Below are positions 1-12,967 of a DNA stretch of 64,000 nt, one piece after another. How positions within the stretch are numbered: the first letter of the stretch is position 1; the number at the start of each line of letters is the position of its first letter. Origin of the DNA: Chlorokybus atmophyticus. Lineage: Eukaryota > Plantae > Mesostigma and Chlorokybus algae. The translations under genes and the position numbers were made by a program. The stretch spans positions 1-64,000 of the forward strand of contig RHPI01003508.1 in NCBI GenBank assembly GCA_009103225.1. The letters are read 5' to 3'. The notes under the pieces are model-generated. The model ran no database searches. It worked only from the letters and a program-made list of their open reading frames with translations, and had not been told where the DNA came from.

Positions 1-349
1 GTAATATTTCAGGCAGGCTCAGGCAGGCTCAGGCACCAGTCAGTCCCTCAGTCCTTAGTCAGTCACCGTGTAAAATTTGCGACGGTAGGCGTATATGTAT
101 CCATATATCAATGGATGCATATATGTATAAAGAACACGTGTATAGTATATGTTCGCAACTTCGTGCACATGCAATTATAATATTCATGACAATTGCACAA
201 ACAGCCCCATACAGCTTAATGAGCTCGGCTATCACTCAATTAGCCGCCAACCATTTGCGGTTGTCCATTTGTAGGTGACCAATTTCTGACAGTCGGGGCG
301 GCCTGCCAATAAGTTCAGAGTTACATCATAACTTACATGTCATCCGAAA

Positions 350-510
350 TCCGTATTACGGACCAGCAAAGTCACAGGTCCGTGCCGCACCATGTATGGT
401 TTGGGACCGACCGGGGACGGTGTGCGACAGCAGGACCGCAGGGACCATACCTTGTATGCATCTATGGACTAGCGTAACCTACTGGTCCGTGCCGCACCAT
501 GTATACACCG
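350..510. repeat. Cluster of GGACC/GGTCC motifs including a 21-bp direct repeat (probable transposon subterminal region)
   Basis: ggtccgtgccgcaccatgtat occurs at 377-397 and 484-504, with several ggacc/gggacc motifs between them. Confidence 0.55.
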
Positions 511-678
511 AGCAGCGTAGCAGGCTTAGTGGTCCTGCTCCTTCAACTATGCCACGCGCGCCATGCGGGCTGCAACCTTATCGACGGCTGGTGGGTTGGC
601 TGGTGCTTTTACAGCAGCAGCTCCAGCACGAGGACGTCCCTCAGGTCCTTTGCGCTGTGGAGGGCGGTTCTTCCCTCT

Positions 679-2250
679 TTAACCAGGCTCTTCCTTGCGA
701 GCACCGGCGTCGTTGTTGTTGTTGATGGGGTTGTGGCCACCAGCGTTGTTGCCGTTCCTGAGACCACCAGCGCTATTGCTCTTGTTGTAGCCCCCATTGT
801 TGTTTTTATTGTTGCCGCGATAGCCATCAGCGCTGCTACTGTTATTGTAGCTAATGGAGGACCGCAGCTCGGGGAACTTGAGCCAGCATACTGCCTCCAA
901 GTGTCCCGTTTTGTGGCAGTGGTCGCACACAATGTTGCCATAACCTTCGGTGCACTCCTTTTGGTAGTGCCCATGCCAACCACACCGATGGCACAGCATC
1001 AGAGCAACAAGAGCAGCATGAGCTGACTTTTATCCTTGTTGCGCGTGAACGAAACGTCTCGGCTACGGTCTCGTCAAGGGGGCTCTGCACTTGTGCTTGC
1101 CACGGGCCGTGAGGCTCCGATTGGCGTCCAGCACCGCGTTTTCATACACCGCGCAATTGTGGATGGCTTGTTCAGTCTCGAAAGCTTTCTTTAGAGTGTA
1201 GTGACGAGGCCTGTAGTTCAGCATCAAGCCCGTTGACTCACTCAAGGTGGGGTCCAGCTCGCCCATGTACACCACTGCGGCTGCCTCGTCGCTGATGGCT
1301 TGTGGTCAGTGTCTTTCTGCAGCCCTTTAGTCGCGAGCACAGCTGGAAAGGCTCCTCGTGGGGCTTCCTTTGGAAGCGTCTCAGTTCCTCCACCTTGCTG
1401 TTGGTTTAAGGTGGGAAGGTACGCCGCAGTTCAGCGTAAAGGTTTTTTAGTGGAGCGTCGGACATCGCAACACTAACGGTGATGGTTGGTGCGCGCAGTG
1501 CCACTGACCCGAGGGTGAAGACACTGCTTTTTGCTGGAGCACGCGGCCCCGGCGTTGGCAATGGAAATGCACCCGTCTCCGATGCTGCTGCTGGCTGCTC
1601 ATCTTGCTGTTCTTATGATGGCAGCGGTCTGGTTGAGTACCCAGATACGGCGGTCGGCTGACTTGACCTCGATCTCTGCAGGGGTTAACGAGGGGACAAC
1701 CATCTCGCCCTCTTCGTGTCCCGCTTTCTGCATAGCTGCAACTAGAGCAAGGCCGATGATTAAAGCTGGAGGGACCACTGTCGCAGGGGCAAAAGCTGCA
1801 GGGCTGTGCAACGAAGTGGATGCTACGGTGCTGTCAAGCTCGCCATAGCCATCAATTTTGTGCAGCTCAGCAATGGATTTGCACACATCATGTGCATAAC
1901 AATCAAGGTACTGAGCCATGACATGGAGTGACACAATATCTGACCAGTTTTTGCTCTTGAGAGCTTGCCGACGCATCTTGGAGTGGAACTTGATGATGAA
2001 CTCATAAAGCGAGTGCCAGCACGGCCGGAGAAGCGTAGCGAGTTTGTTGAGCTGGAAGGCTCCATCTTGTCGTCGTCACTGTTAAAAAGAAGTGGAGAAG
2101 CTCGTTGACGAGGAGTGAAGTGGAAGGAGGTGAAGCCAGAAACGGGGCGAGAGCCTCTGCTGCTACGGTAACTGCATCCTTCACTTGCTGGCGTAGGTGA
2201 GGTTGAAGGTTGGGCTCCAGCTGCTGAGGTTCCCCTCATCAATTTGCGAG
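679..2250 (-). mobile_element. Decayed LTR-retrotransposon gag-like ORF with two CCHC zinc knuckles; no pol in window
   Basis: Two CX2CX4HX4C knuckles (CHRCGWHGHYQKEC, CDHCHKTGHLEAVC) at about 880-995. The upstream segment YEFIIKFHSKMRRQ...WSDIVSLHVMAQYLDCYAHDVC resembles a gag capsid region. It is interrupted by in-frame stops (e.g. 1063) and a frameshift. Confidence 0.7.
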
Positions 2251-4075
2251 AACGGGGTGGGCCTGCTTATACAGCTGATGTGATGGGGAAAGTGTATGAA
2301 GGTAGAGTGTTTATGCTCTACAGGGCTGTCTCAAGTTCAGAAATTCAACGCTGCTAACACTCAACACGCTAGTGCTTGTGCGCACTATGTGATGACGGTG
2401 ATAATGATGCACTAAGATGTATCCAACTACAACCTGCACTTCTGATATGCAGAATGCAACCACGCTTGAGTAAGGAGGGCGACACTGTGAGTCAACAAGC
2501 CATTACTATGCAGCGCTCATCACACAGTTCTTTGCATGAGCGGAAAATGTATTACACTGGTAAGTGAGGTGAATGAGCAAGCACCACGATGCTATGCCCT
2601 GACTCATGCCAACAAGCACATCGCAATGAAGCACACCAAGCTCACAGCGATGACAAGCACAGTGCACAAGAGCATGCACAGGCTCTCACACATTGACAAG
2701 ATTCTGGGGAACCGGGTTGCGTGTTTCGTAGTTCAAGTCGCTTTACAAGCTCTTAGCTTTCTCACTCATAGTGTCACCAGCTAATCCGGTGAACACTGTG
2801 ACTACTTATACAAATTAGCTTATGACTTTTTGGAACATAAGGTAACGATCATATCGAGGCTATCCAAAGAAACTCCCACTCGATATAAAACACAATTCAT
2901 AACTGAATTTAAAATTGAACAGCTACGCGCGGTGCCTATGTAGGCTAGGGTCATGAGCTAGTCTAGAGTCATGACCTAGCTACTGGTCAGTGACGCGCGC
3001 GGATCTTCATGCTCATAGGCCTGGTGAGGGTCTTGATGTAAGCATGCTCGATGAAGGCTACCATGCGAGGACAATTGGCATGACACACTGTCTGCACAAT
3101 ATTGAATACTATCACAATACAGTTGTTTGCCATGGCAATCACCCAATATATTATACCCTCTAAATTTTTGTAACTTTATAATTGTGCACACACGTACCAT
3201 ATTTGCAACATATATGTGTATAAACCATCTCTTGTACACATAACACACCCATCACCTCACCCTCCTTTTTGCTTTGCTTGCTCTACTATCTTGTCCAACA
3301 TTGATCCGATCGGTGTGCCATAATCGCCAATACTTGTGTCACATGATGGCTATTGGTATATGATAGCGAATTTACCCCACTACCCGGCATTTGCACTTTA
3401 CCTAGATATACCTTTCATCGCTCAACCATATCACCCCCCTATTAACTATGCATGCATGCAATGTGCTCGTAAATGTGTCTACTCAATAATAACTATGCTA
3501 GTAATACCGCACATTGTACATCACAACGGGTTAAAATCAATTTGTGTTAATTGTCGTGCAAACTCTAACATAATCCGGTAGCAGTTGAGTGGCTTGCAAG
3601 TGTATAGTAAATGTGATGTGTATATGCTTATAGTGTGTGGAATTTAATGGTGCACTTGCATTGGCGGTGGTGGCGAACAAGTTTATGTAGTCACCATTGT
3701 CATTATCATCATTATTGTCACTATCATCAGCATCATCATGGTTGTAATATCGTCCTTGTTGTACTACCATCCGCTGACTGTTAGGGTTAAGGAAGCATTG
3801 GCACATAAGCCTGACCAACTAACGTAGTAACGCTGTATATGTAAGCATACTATGATGAAACTGTTGCATGCCTCGCACCACCAAGTAATGATCATGCGCA
3901 ATGGTGTGAGTATGGCATTGTTACTTCAGATACTAGTATAGGTGATCAGCTTATACAGCATGAGAACTGATGCACCTGCGTCCAGCGCTTGCCAAAAAAG
4001 GCAGTCACCACAATGGTGCTCATTACGCCTGTGGAATGCAACTACTCCATGTAAACCTGACGTTACATGCAAACA

Positions 4076-7000
4076 CTACATCCGTGTACTAGGACCCTCA
4101 TGCACCATCTCTGTCTCGCCGGTGTCTGTAGCACGCAAGTCACTGGAGGGCTGCTGTTGATCTGTCTGAGCTGCAGAACCAACCGGATGCACTGGGGCAG
4201 CAGCCTCACTCGTTGGGAACTCGCTGCGAGACACTTGCCGCTTGCGAACCACAATGCTGGACTGCTTGGGCTTCAGCTCATCTGTAAGGAACCAAGGCAT
4301 TAGCCATGAGGCAGCAAAGCAAACAGCTGCTGACTGACAGGCGCACCACCACAACAACTGCAGAGTCCAAATGCAGTTGAAAGCCAAGGTGATTGCCAAC
4401 GCATGGCAGCTAACTGACCTTCGCGTGGAAGGAACGCCGGGGAAGCGAGCGGCACATTAGAAGGTTTTCCTAGAAGTGCAGGGGCTTCAGTAACAGCCGG
4501 AGTAAGTACCAGTGTAGGCGCTGCCCCTTTGAGTGTAGAACCGAAGGTGGTGAGGTCTGTTGCAGACTGTGCGCGGCCAACGCCTTTGTTGACATAACTT
4601 GCTTGAACGGCGCGCCAGGCAGCTTGGTAATTGACACGGTGAATCTGCAGAACACATGTCAGGATATAGTCACAATGCAGATTAGTGAGAAGCTACCAGC
4701 AATGCTTACTTGCAAAAGCCGACCCGCGCCATACATTCTTGCAGTAAAATCCGGCACATATGTATCAGGCAGTAGAGCATTCTGAGCAAGAACTGACCAA
4801 GGACCTGAGTCACTCTCAAACCCGTCGGCGCCAGCTTCAATAGCAACCTGTACAGGGATAAGCCATTTTAAGGAGATACCAGGCACATCCCAAGCAGAGG
4901 CAATGGGCAGAGTGGCTTGTTAGCAGAGTGGCGAAACAAATGACATAGTGAGTTAGATGAGACAAGTTCAACGCAAAACTGCAGTGCTTGCCTTGCCCTG
5001 TAGGATTAGGGTGAAGAAGTCTGCAGGCTTGCCACGCTCATAAATTGAGTATCCATGTTCATCTTCATCATCTGACTCGCCCTCGTTGAAGCGATCAACA
5101 AGCGTAGCACGTCTTACTAAGCTCTTCACCACTCCAGGGGCTCTGCTCATGACCTTGAATGCCTATTTAGCAATGTCAGAGCAGCGAATGGAAAAAGCGT
5201 GCACAACACCGAACACACCAAAGTGGCTGATATGTTGTTTGCTTCTCTACTACCTTAACATTGAAGGAGAGGTGGTTGGTAATGACCTCAATCTCTTGTA
5301 CTGAAAGAGCATCGGACAACTTTCTCTTGTGCTGTAACATGTTGAGAAAGAAAGACACATCTTGCTTCGGCCGGGCAATCCTATGTGCAGGGTAGTTCAC
5401 ATCCACAAAATTGTCGCTCTCGTCCACAATCTCTTCCTGCAAGAAGCCAAGAAAGCGGTTAGCAAGCAGTCAGCATGTTTGTTCTAAAACCTGTCAGGGA
5501 AGGATGCGCAGATCACAACAAGTACCTGTATGACTTCTTCTATGACATCCTCCAGTGTTATCAGTCCTGTGATCTCATAAGCTGCATGGCCTGTTTTTGG
5601 TGAGCCACCTTGCTCGTCAGCTGAAGTCTTGTCAGTCTCACCTTCAAGTTCCTGTGGCAACATTTGTGTCACAGCAGTCTCAAGGGTAAAAGCGCCACTT
5701 CTGTGACGAGTCAACGCACATAGGCCAGGTCAGAACAGCTTGGCTACCTCAATTGCAGCAGGTGTGACAGCACGTGTGGCAAACACCAGGTGAATGTAAC
5801 TGGTCTTGAACTCCTTGAACACTTCCCCAAGAGAGGTGTCCTCTGGTACAGTGCGCACCTCACGCCCATGAAATGAGAGAATGGCTCTGACCTGTCGTGT
5901 ACACGCAATGCCAGCGTCAATTCACTGCGCGAACTAGCATTGCGCACTGACAAATCACATAATCGCCACGTGCTCACCTCGATCTCATCGTCGGGGTCCA
6001 CCAGGATGAGATCCTTGGCATAGAGCAACCCTACCATGTTGTGGGGTGTCGTATCATATACTGGAATCCTTGTAAACCCAGACTTGTATATCTGAAACAG
6101 CGTTTCAAAATCGAGGCGCTGCGATTGCTCCAGCATAAACGCATTGTCAATCGCTGTCATCACATCCTGGACCTGTTGCGATTGCATAGGTAAGACAAGG
6201 ACTCCAAAATGACCAGAGCCGCATTTGGTAACCTGTTGACGCTGTCTCACCTTTTTGTTCTTGTATACCAGTGCACCAGTGATAAGCGCATGATCATCTT
6301 TGGTAAGGCCCGACTCTTGCTGAGCGTCTGGATTTTCAACGTGAATAGCAATAAGCTTTATGAGTTCCTCCTTGCTATACACGTTGCCGATCTCATAGCC
6401 AAGGGCTTTGTCTAGTAAAAGCGACAGCGGCCATGCTACTGGGTAAAACAGCACCAGAAAGAAGCGCACAATCCACACCGCCTTTGCCCCAACCTGCAAG
6501 CCGTGTCTGCATGAAGACGAGGGTACGTGAGACAAACAACTATCAGTTGCGCACACAAGCGAACCAACAAGTAAAAGCATTGCTGAGAATGCTTGCATAA
6601 ACCAGTGCGTTCCTCACCGACTGCAGATGGCTTGTGGAATTATTTCACCAAAGATAAGGATCATAGAGGTAGACAGAACCAGTCCAAGCCAGCCGGATGT
6701 GAGCTCAGCCAAAAGAATGGCCGCAAAACTGTTGACGAAGGCATTGCCCAGAAGCAGCGTACACAAAAGCAGGTTGCCACGTTCACGAATGGGTCGTATA
6801 GCTGCCGCCCACTTGCGCTCCTTCTTGTCACCGCCCTCCATGATAATCTGCAGGCATCAAGTCCAGGCTGTGTCCCGACTTTACTGAGATGCAGTCATAG
6901 GCAAGCTATTGTTCGCAACAGCACGGCCACACATGCACAAGCACGAGCAAGCTGCACGCACAAGTGATACAACATGCGCCCCCATTCAGCAGTGTCACAG

Positions 7001-7885
7001 GCACCCACAGCTGAAGAGCAAGCCATATGTGCGCATAACGCGACAAGGCGCACAGTCTGTTCAGCTCTTGGGGCACTGACAATTCTTTTGTCGTTGTTCT
7101 AGGTTGTACTGCGTGCTGGGATGCTGGGCACTTGAACCCAGCGGGCTCAATACATTGACGTGTGCCTTGAGGCAAAGTTACCAGCTTGAGCCATACCTGG
7201 AGTCCAACCTTGTCGAGGGACATCAGGCCAAGTGTCAGGCCCGCGAACATTGCAGACATCATGATGAGAAATATCGCCACGGGGATGTTGTAATACTTAG
7301 GGGAGACGGGCTCACTCCAGCCAGCGCTTGTATAGCATGCGTCAAAGCAAGCCTTGGAGGCGCCGCTAGCAGCGCAAGCTGCCAAGCAAGAGTCTGCCAT
7401 TGTGGCAGGCTGACAAGCTACTAAGAAAGTCCCTCGTAAAACCAGCGACGTTTACTCCTGTCGGGCAAGCTGCTTGCTACGACACTACAGAGCAGCTCTT
7501 TTCTCCTTCTGCTGCTGCTTGCGCTCGCCTCCCACCGAGGCGCCGTGCTGCAGCGGCCGAAAGCTGGCTGCGAGTCGTTGCTGCTGCTTGCGGGAAGCAC
7601 CTGTTGGTGACCTGAGGCAAGAAGCTGGCGCCTAACACAGGCCATCCTGCGCCGCCACCAAGGATGCCATACACACTACGGAGAAAGAGAAACACAGCAC
7701 CAGAATCGCGAACACAAACCCCTTTTCCCGTCTTCCCGTCCAACAACCTTCCCTACACCGCCGCCGACTGCAACTACTTCACATACATGTAGCGCTAACG
7801 CTGAGCTTACTAAGAAGTCGCAGTCAGCAGCCACGTCGATGGTGCTGTTTGTTGACGTGGCAATCGTTGGCAAAATCCCACTCAT
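4076..7885 (-). CDS. CNNM: CNNM/CorC-family (DUF21 + CBS pair + CNBH-like) divalent-metal transporter, multi-exon
   Basis: Spliced motifs MSAMFAGLTLGLMSLDKVGLQ, RGNLLLCTLLLGNAFVNS, LIFGEIIPQAICSRHGL, KSGFTRIPVYD, GLITLEDVIEEVIQEEIVDESD and ADFFTLILQGK|VAIEAG. Last exon inferred to end at TAG 4076. The 5' exon (ATG 7885 versus 7400) is uncertain. Confidence 0.93.
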
Positions 7886-8563
7886 CTGTCGGGTGGGATT
7901 GTGTGCCTGACATAAGCAAGTTTGCCGTTGCCGTGTCCAATGAGACGCAAGGATTAAATCAACATAAATTTCCTGTGCAACAACGCTTTTACAATGCTAA
8001 CAACTTGACATCGTTGAAATGATTGAAGTTACGAACTTTTCTACTTGGAGGCAACGACATGTGGACTCATGCAAGACAGTCAAACACACAAGCTATGTTA
8101 GCATACTTGCGCACGTTGATAAAGCTGCCTCGGTTGAAAGAAAGCTAGTAGTCTACACTGTGCCGCCGAGCGGCTATCAACACACCACAATTAGGTCCCC
8201 GGCGGCAATGCTTCTGCCAATAGCAACTGCAAAAGCAAGGTGGTGTAACTGACAAAAAGCATGCGAGTTTTGTGTTGTGCAAGTCTCGTTCTTCAAGCAT
8301 GCTTGTGACGCAGACAACATAGCAGCTTCAAAGCTACGTTGCAAGCTCAGCTATTTTACGAAGCTAGTGCAAAGCTATATGCATTCTATAGATGATGAAC
8401 CCATAGGTGGATCCATGTTGATAATTATGATGTTACCGATTATGTGGTTAAGACAAAGCCTGCAAGAATCGCTTAAGTTTGTAGTAAAGACTTGCAACCG
8501 AAATTAAGAAATGAAACACCACACGTAAGCGAACTCACGCATGTATTAAAAACACTTTCTGCA

Positions 8564-8846
8564 GAATCAACCTAAGTAGGTACCAACCAGCTACAATTGT
8601 CACCTATGAATATGGTAGTGAGCCAAGCGCAGAGTACCAATGGAGCGGTGGTTGAATTTACTTGTAATATGGGTAAATATTTAGGTGACGAAAAAGCTAT
8701 TGAGGAATCAACCTAAGTAGGTACCAACCAGCTACAACTGTCACCTATGAATATGTATAGTGAGCCAAGCGCAGAGTACCAATGCAGCGGTGGTTGAATC
8801 TAAAACTTTTAATATGGGTAAATATTTAGGTGACGAAAAAGCTATT
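8564..8846. repeat. Tandem duplication of a 141-bp unit (2 copies)
   Basis: gaatcaacctaagtaggtaccaaccagctaca...ggtgacgaaaaagctatt starts at 8564 and again at 8705, with few differences. Confidence 0.95.
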
Positions 8847-10359
8847 AAATCGTGCGAAGGCATTGGACCGAATAAATGAGTGTGGGCTCATCTCGGGTGG
8901 TCCTGTGCTATGATTAATAAGCCTTTCCCAAATCGTAATTATGGACAACTTAAAATGGACCTAATCGGATGCGTTTAATGTAATTGACTCTCCCTCCAAG
9001 AAGCTGGGGCAAGCAAATGCATCATTTATTTAGATGCTGTAGACAGAGAAGGTCTTTGCTACGACCTCAATCTAGGTAGCTTATATGTGGAAGCCGGTCA
9101 GCACGGTTGCAAGCTTTCATGGTGTTATCTTTGTGAAAGGAGTCAGCAAAAGATCCCATTAAGGATTTGAGACTAACAATTAATTCGAGGGCGCAGGTTT
9201 AATTACGACACAAGTTGATTAAAAGTATATCTTTTGTAAATCATTGCTATTTAAGGGCCGAGTATTAAAATTACGCAGTCCCCTTGCGGCTGTGAGAGTC
9301 CGCGGCCATTAAAAAGAGCGTGCGAGTAAGGCTGATTCCGCGTAATCGTGAAAATCCCAAGTCCTCGACTCTCAGTTGGCAGGCACGTAAGAAGAACTTG
9401 CTTACGATGTCGTAAGTTTTTATACGTGGGTGGCTAGTTAATGCTACTTGCACGTAGGTCAAGGCAGCTGCCGACTCCTGCGAGTGCAAGTTGAATACAT
9501 AAATCAAAAAGGCATGCGGGTTTTACGATCAGCTTAAAATACGCCACTTCGCTTGACTAGGTTGAGTGAGTTTAATCGATTGTGAGGTTGGGGGGAATAA
9601 AAAGCCGAGTTGGCTGGTAGTTCTCATTTCTCTCCCACTACTGGGTGCCTCACCGCGCCGTCTTTAATAAATAGTTTACCTAGGCGAGGAAAAGTTCTCG
9701 GCAAAGCGCTAAGTGAACTATCGGGTTGCGAAGATTGAAGCCGAGATAGGTCTCAGCGAGGAAAACGCGAAGTCGCGAGTTGATTCGAAATTGGCGGAGC
9801 CGCCCAAGTCCAAATATAGGGTTTGCCCAGTTACGTCATTTGGCGTGTGAACAAAGTTGCTATTACGTGTGTAATAGCACCAATGAAACCCTTGCCGTCT
9901 GAGTAAGTCACAAGGAGGTAAGAAAAACGGCCCCCGTTACAGCTGGAAGCAAGTACCTGGTGCTATTGACTCAGTTAATACGCTTGTGCCATTAAATAGT
10001 TGCAAACTATGGTGGTGGTGGTGCTAGTGGTTGTTGTGGTTGTGGTTGTGGTTGTGATGGATGTTTGCTTAAGTAGTAGCCGATCAAGCCTTGATACCGT
10101 TTTTAAGGTTAGTGTGGGCCCTGGTGCGTAGCCACTCGTTGTGCCTCAGTGAGATGTGCATATGATCGGTTCGCCATTTTTCAATCGAGCAGGAGCAAAA
10201 ACTCAATGAATCCCGGCTGCAAAGTACCAAAAAACTTTAAAGTGTTAACATGCAAACGGAGCCCATTATTGGCTCGCGGTTCATTGATGTTACAGAGGTA
10301 ATGGTGCGCTGCGTTTTGAATCAACACACACAGTGGAACCGGATCATCTCTTCAAGTAA

Positions 10360-12780
10360 CCTGCGGCTCTTAATTATTTTTGAGCGTGTGCATTGCGAGC
10401 TTTTATGCAGATTGCAAGCTAAAGAGCCATGAGCTGTTGCCAACCTTGCAAGTACTGTTGTATGCTCGGTATCCTGCGCTCCTTCGCTCAAAGTACATGC
10501 TCAAAGCACCGGTACTTGCAGCTAGGAAGTCCTCGACCACAACCCGCATTCACTCATCAACCATCACGTTTTCCATGTATATCTGTTGCTCTGCAAAGCG
10601 TGCACGTTCAGCTTCCAACTGCATGGACCGTATATCATACTGGTCAATCTCCCTTTGCTAAGTCATTGGATCCTCTGGTGGTAGTGCGGACGTGGAAAGA
10701 GTGTCACTAGCTCCCATATCTTTAAGTGCATGCAGCGCCTGAAGTGCTTCATCGAGCCTTCCCTTGGTATCTTTGAGCTGCAGGTAATATTGTTGGTGGT
10801 GCAGGTGCTCCTGCTAAGGGAATGTCTTCTAAAACTCTTTGAAGAAGTTCCACTTGCCGTCAAGGACCATGATGCGTTCACCCTTCTGTATAGGCTTGCA
10901 GGTGAACCCTGCGCTTGGGATGTTGATACCAACAAAGGCTTGATGGCTTCTTCCATTTTGTTAAGGCTTGATGACAAACTCTTTATGCGCGACATGGAAG
11001 AGTTCGCCTATAGGAATTGGACCGTTCGTCCACAGCTGCCATGGGTCGCCGGTCGCTCTATGTATGCGCTTGCGGTTGGGAAGCTCTCTGTCACTCTGCA
11101 AACAACAAGTGGCGGTAAGTTGGTATGCATCATATGCTGCAACTGAGCAGTGCATGCAACATGGCACCCATGGCATGTGAGCACCATGCATGATACCATG
11201 CGAGCAAAGACACACGCACAGATGTTTATTGAATGGCGGTAGCGACTCCACCATATCCATCCACGTCTAAATGAATTGATTGACCTCGGCTGCAGCATTG
11301 ATCAAAGCCAGTTCACGGGCCTGCGCTAATCGGTGTTGCCTACTCTTGGTAACATGTGGGGCATCGGCTACAGATCGGTTCACGTAAGATGATGGTAGGG
11401 ATATTATATACATATATTAATTCACAGACTGGCTCGGCCTATAACATAAGACAACGCGTAACATGTCCTGAATAGCGCTGTCTATTAGGGTTTGCATGGT
11501 TACTCACAGGTGGTTGAGGAGTTTGAGGAGAGCCGGCTGCCGATGACGTTCTTATATTTCCTCGCCAGCTGGCATGCCTCGGCTTCTTTGCAGGAGGCAC
11601 CATCTCTTCCTCCTCAGACTCCTCCGCCAATCCCAATACCTCCTCTGCAGCCTTCGCCGCGCCAATTCCTCCGACCCCTCCTGCATCACATCATTTTGTT
11701 GTTCCTCTAGCTCCTTTGGCTCCTTAGTCTCTGTGCAGTTAAACTCGGTTCCTCCGCTATTGACGCTGCTGACGCTGAACCTGCAGCGGCAACACCTAAA
11801 CCTTGCTTCAGCTAACGCTTTGTTCGCTTTTGTGTGGTTTGCTCCTTCGGGTAGAGGGGGATGTTATTGTAATTGTGCTCAGCGTCATTCTAGAATTCCT
11901 TGTTCTGGATAACAAATGACAAGGCTTGTAATTAAGGCGTTGTAAAGGCATTTTTTGCTAATAGTTGCATGCTGCATGTGCTTGCAAATGCAAAGGCTCT
12001 AGTATTATGCTTTTGCAGATACTCCTCGATGGCTTTTCGCATGCTGTCGATGAAAATTCTGCTCTGTTTGGGATGTTTCAGGGCCTGCACGCCAACAATT
12101 GTTTTGCGTAAGTCAATTTTATTGCACAGTGTTTCGCCCAGATATCACTTCATTAGCATGCATGCAATTATGCTTGTATACACTGTGCGCACTCGTAGAC
12201 CACAGACATCACGTGATTTTTTGCGTGTCTTTAAGCCACAAAAACAAACGCACTTTTACAACATCACACGTACCCATATTGCTTCGGACAGAGTATACCC
12301 CATCCATCCTTCAGCTCATGTGCTGCCTCCATGCCGCTCTAGTTGGTGCGTCTGCGCATGTACCTGCAATACGTGATGTGCACTTGCTGCGTGATCTTTG
12401 CAGTTTTAGTGTGGGTGGTTTTAGGACAACCGTTGGGCTGTTGAAGGCCCGCCTTCACGCTTGTTCTGCGGTCGGGACAGTGCCAATAGAGAGTCCGCTA
12501 ATGTGAAGGCTGCCTGTGAGTCTTCTCTGAAGTCGATGATGCCGCCGACACGGTAGGGATGTCAGCAGCCATGGTGTTTCTTAGCTTGCTAATTTCCGCA
12601 ACAACTTACTCTGGACTACACTCTTATGCAACACAAGCCAGCACTTCGCTACCACACCTCCGCCAGCACGGCCAAAACTACCTTAGGCACACCAAACATC
12701 CTGATGCAGGCCGCCGGCGGCGTCACAGTCAACCGCATAAGCCGCTTCGACGAACCCTTAGTCACAGGCACCAGAGGTTA
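10360..12780 (-). pseudogene. Decayed multi-exon coding sequence of unknown function, probably transposon-borne
   Basis: One frame from about 11070 to 10360 reads as protein through several isolated stops (...KEFVIKP*QNGRSHQAFVGINIPSAGFTCKPIQKGERIMVLDGKWNFFKEF*...). Further exon-like pieces: GLAEESEEEEMVPPAKKPR, ALKHPKQSRIFIDSMRKAIEEYLQK, TLYWHCPDRR. Confidence 0.55.
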
Positions 12781-12967
12781 CTCCATTTAGAAGTTTCTTT
12801 TCTTGTCAGATTCCGGCAATGTTTTGATTCATTCGCGCATGTGCTGTGCGCATGCGTTGTGCGTTGTGCGCAGTATAACTTCAGCTATTGCAGTGGCATG
12901 AAGTCACGTGCTTTAGACTGTTGTGGAAGCCTTTTGTCAATTGGATGCTTATGTGCATAGTGCATCA

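Noticed and set aside
499-1026. 175-aa hydrophobic plus-strand ORF resembling a membrane protein
   Set aside because: Antisense shadow of the Asn/Gly-rich gag tail; the zinc knuckles define the minus strand as coding.
8564-8846. CRISPR-like reading of this and other repeat arrays (25849, 28835, 57092, 63771)
   Set aside because: Units are contiguous tandem copies or irregular motifs without unique equal-length spacers; no cas genes; eukaryotic context.
10860-10930. SET-domain-like motif (GFTCKPIQKGERIMVLDG)
   Set aside because: Resembles only the first SET strand; no NHSC or ELxFDY motifs follow.
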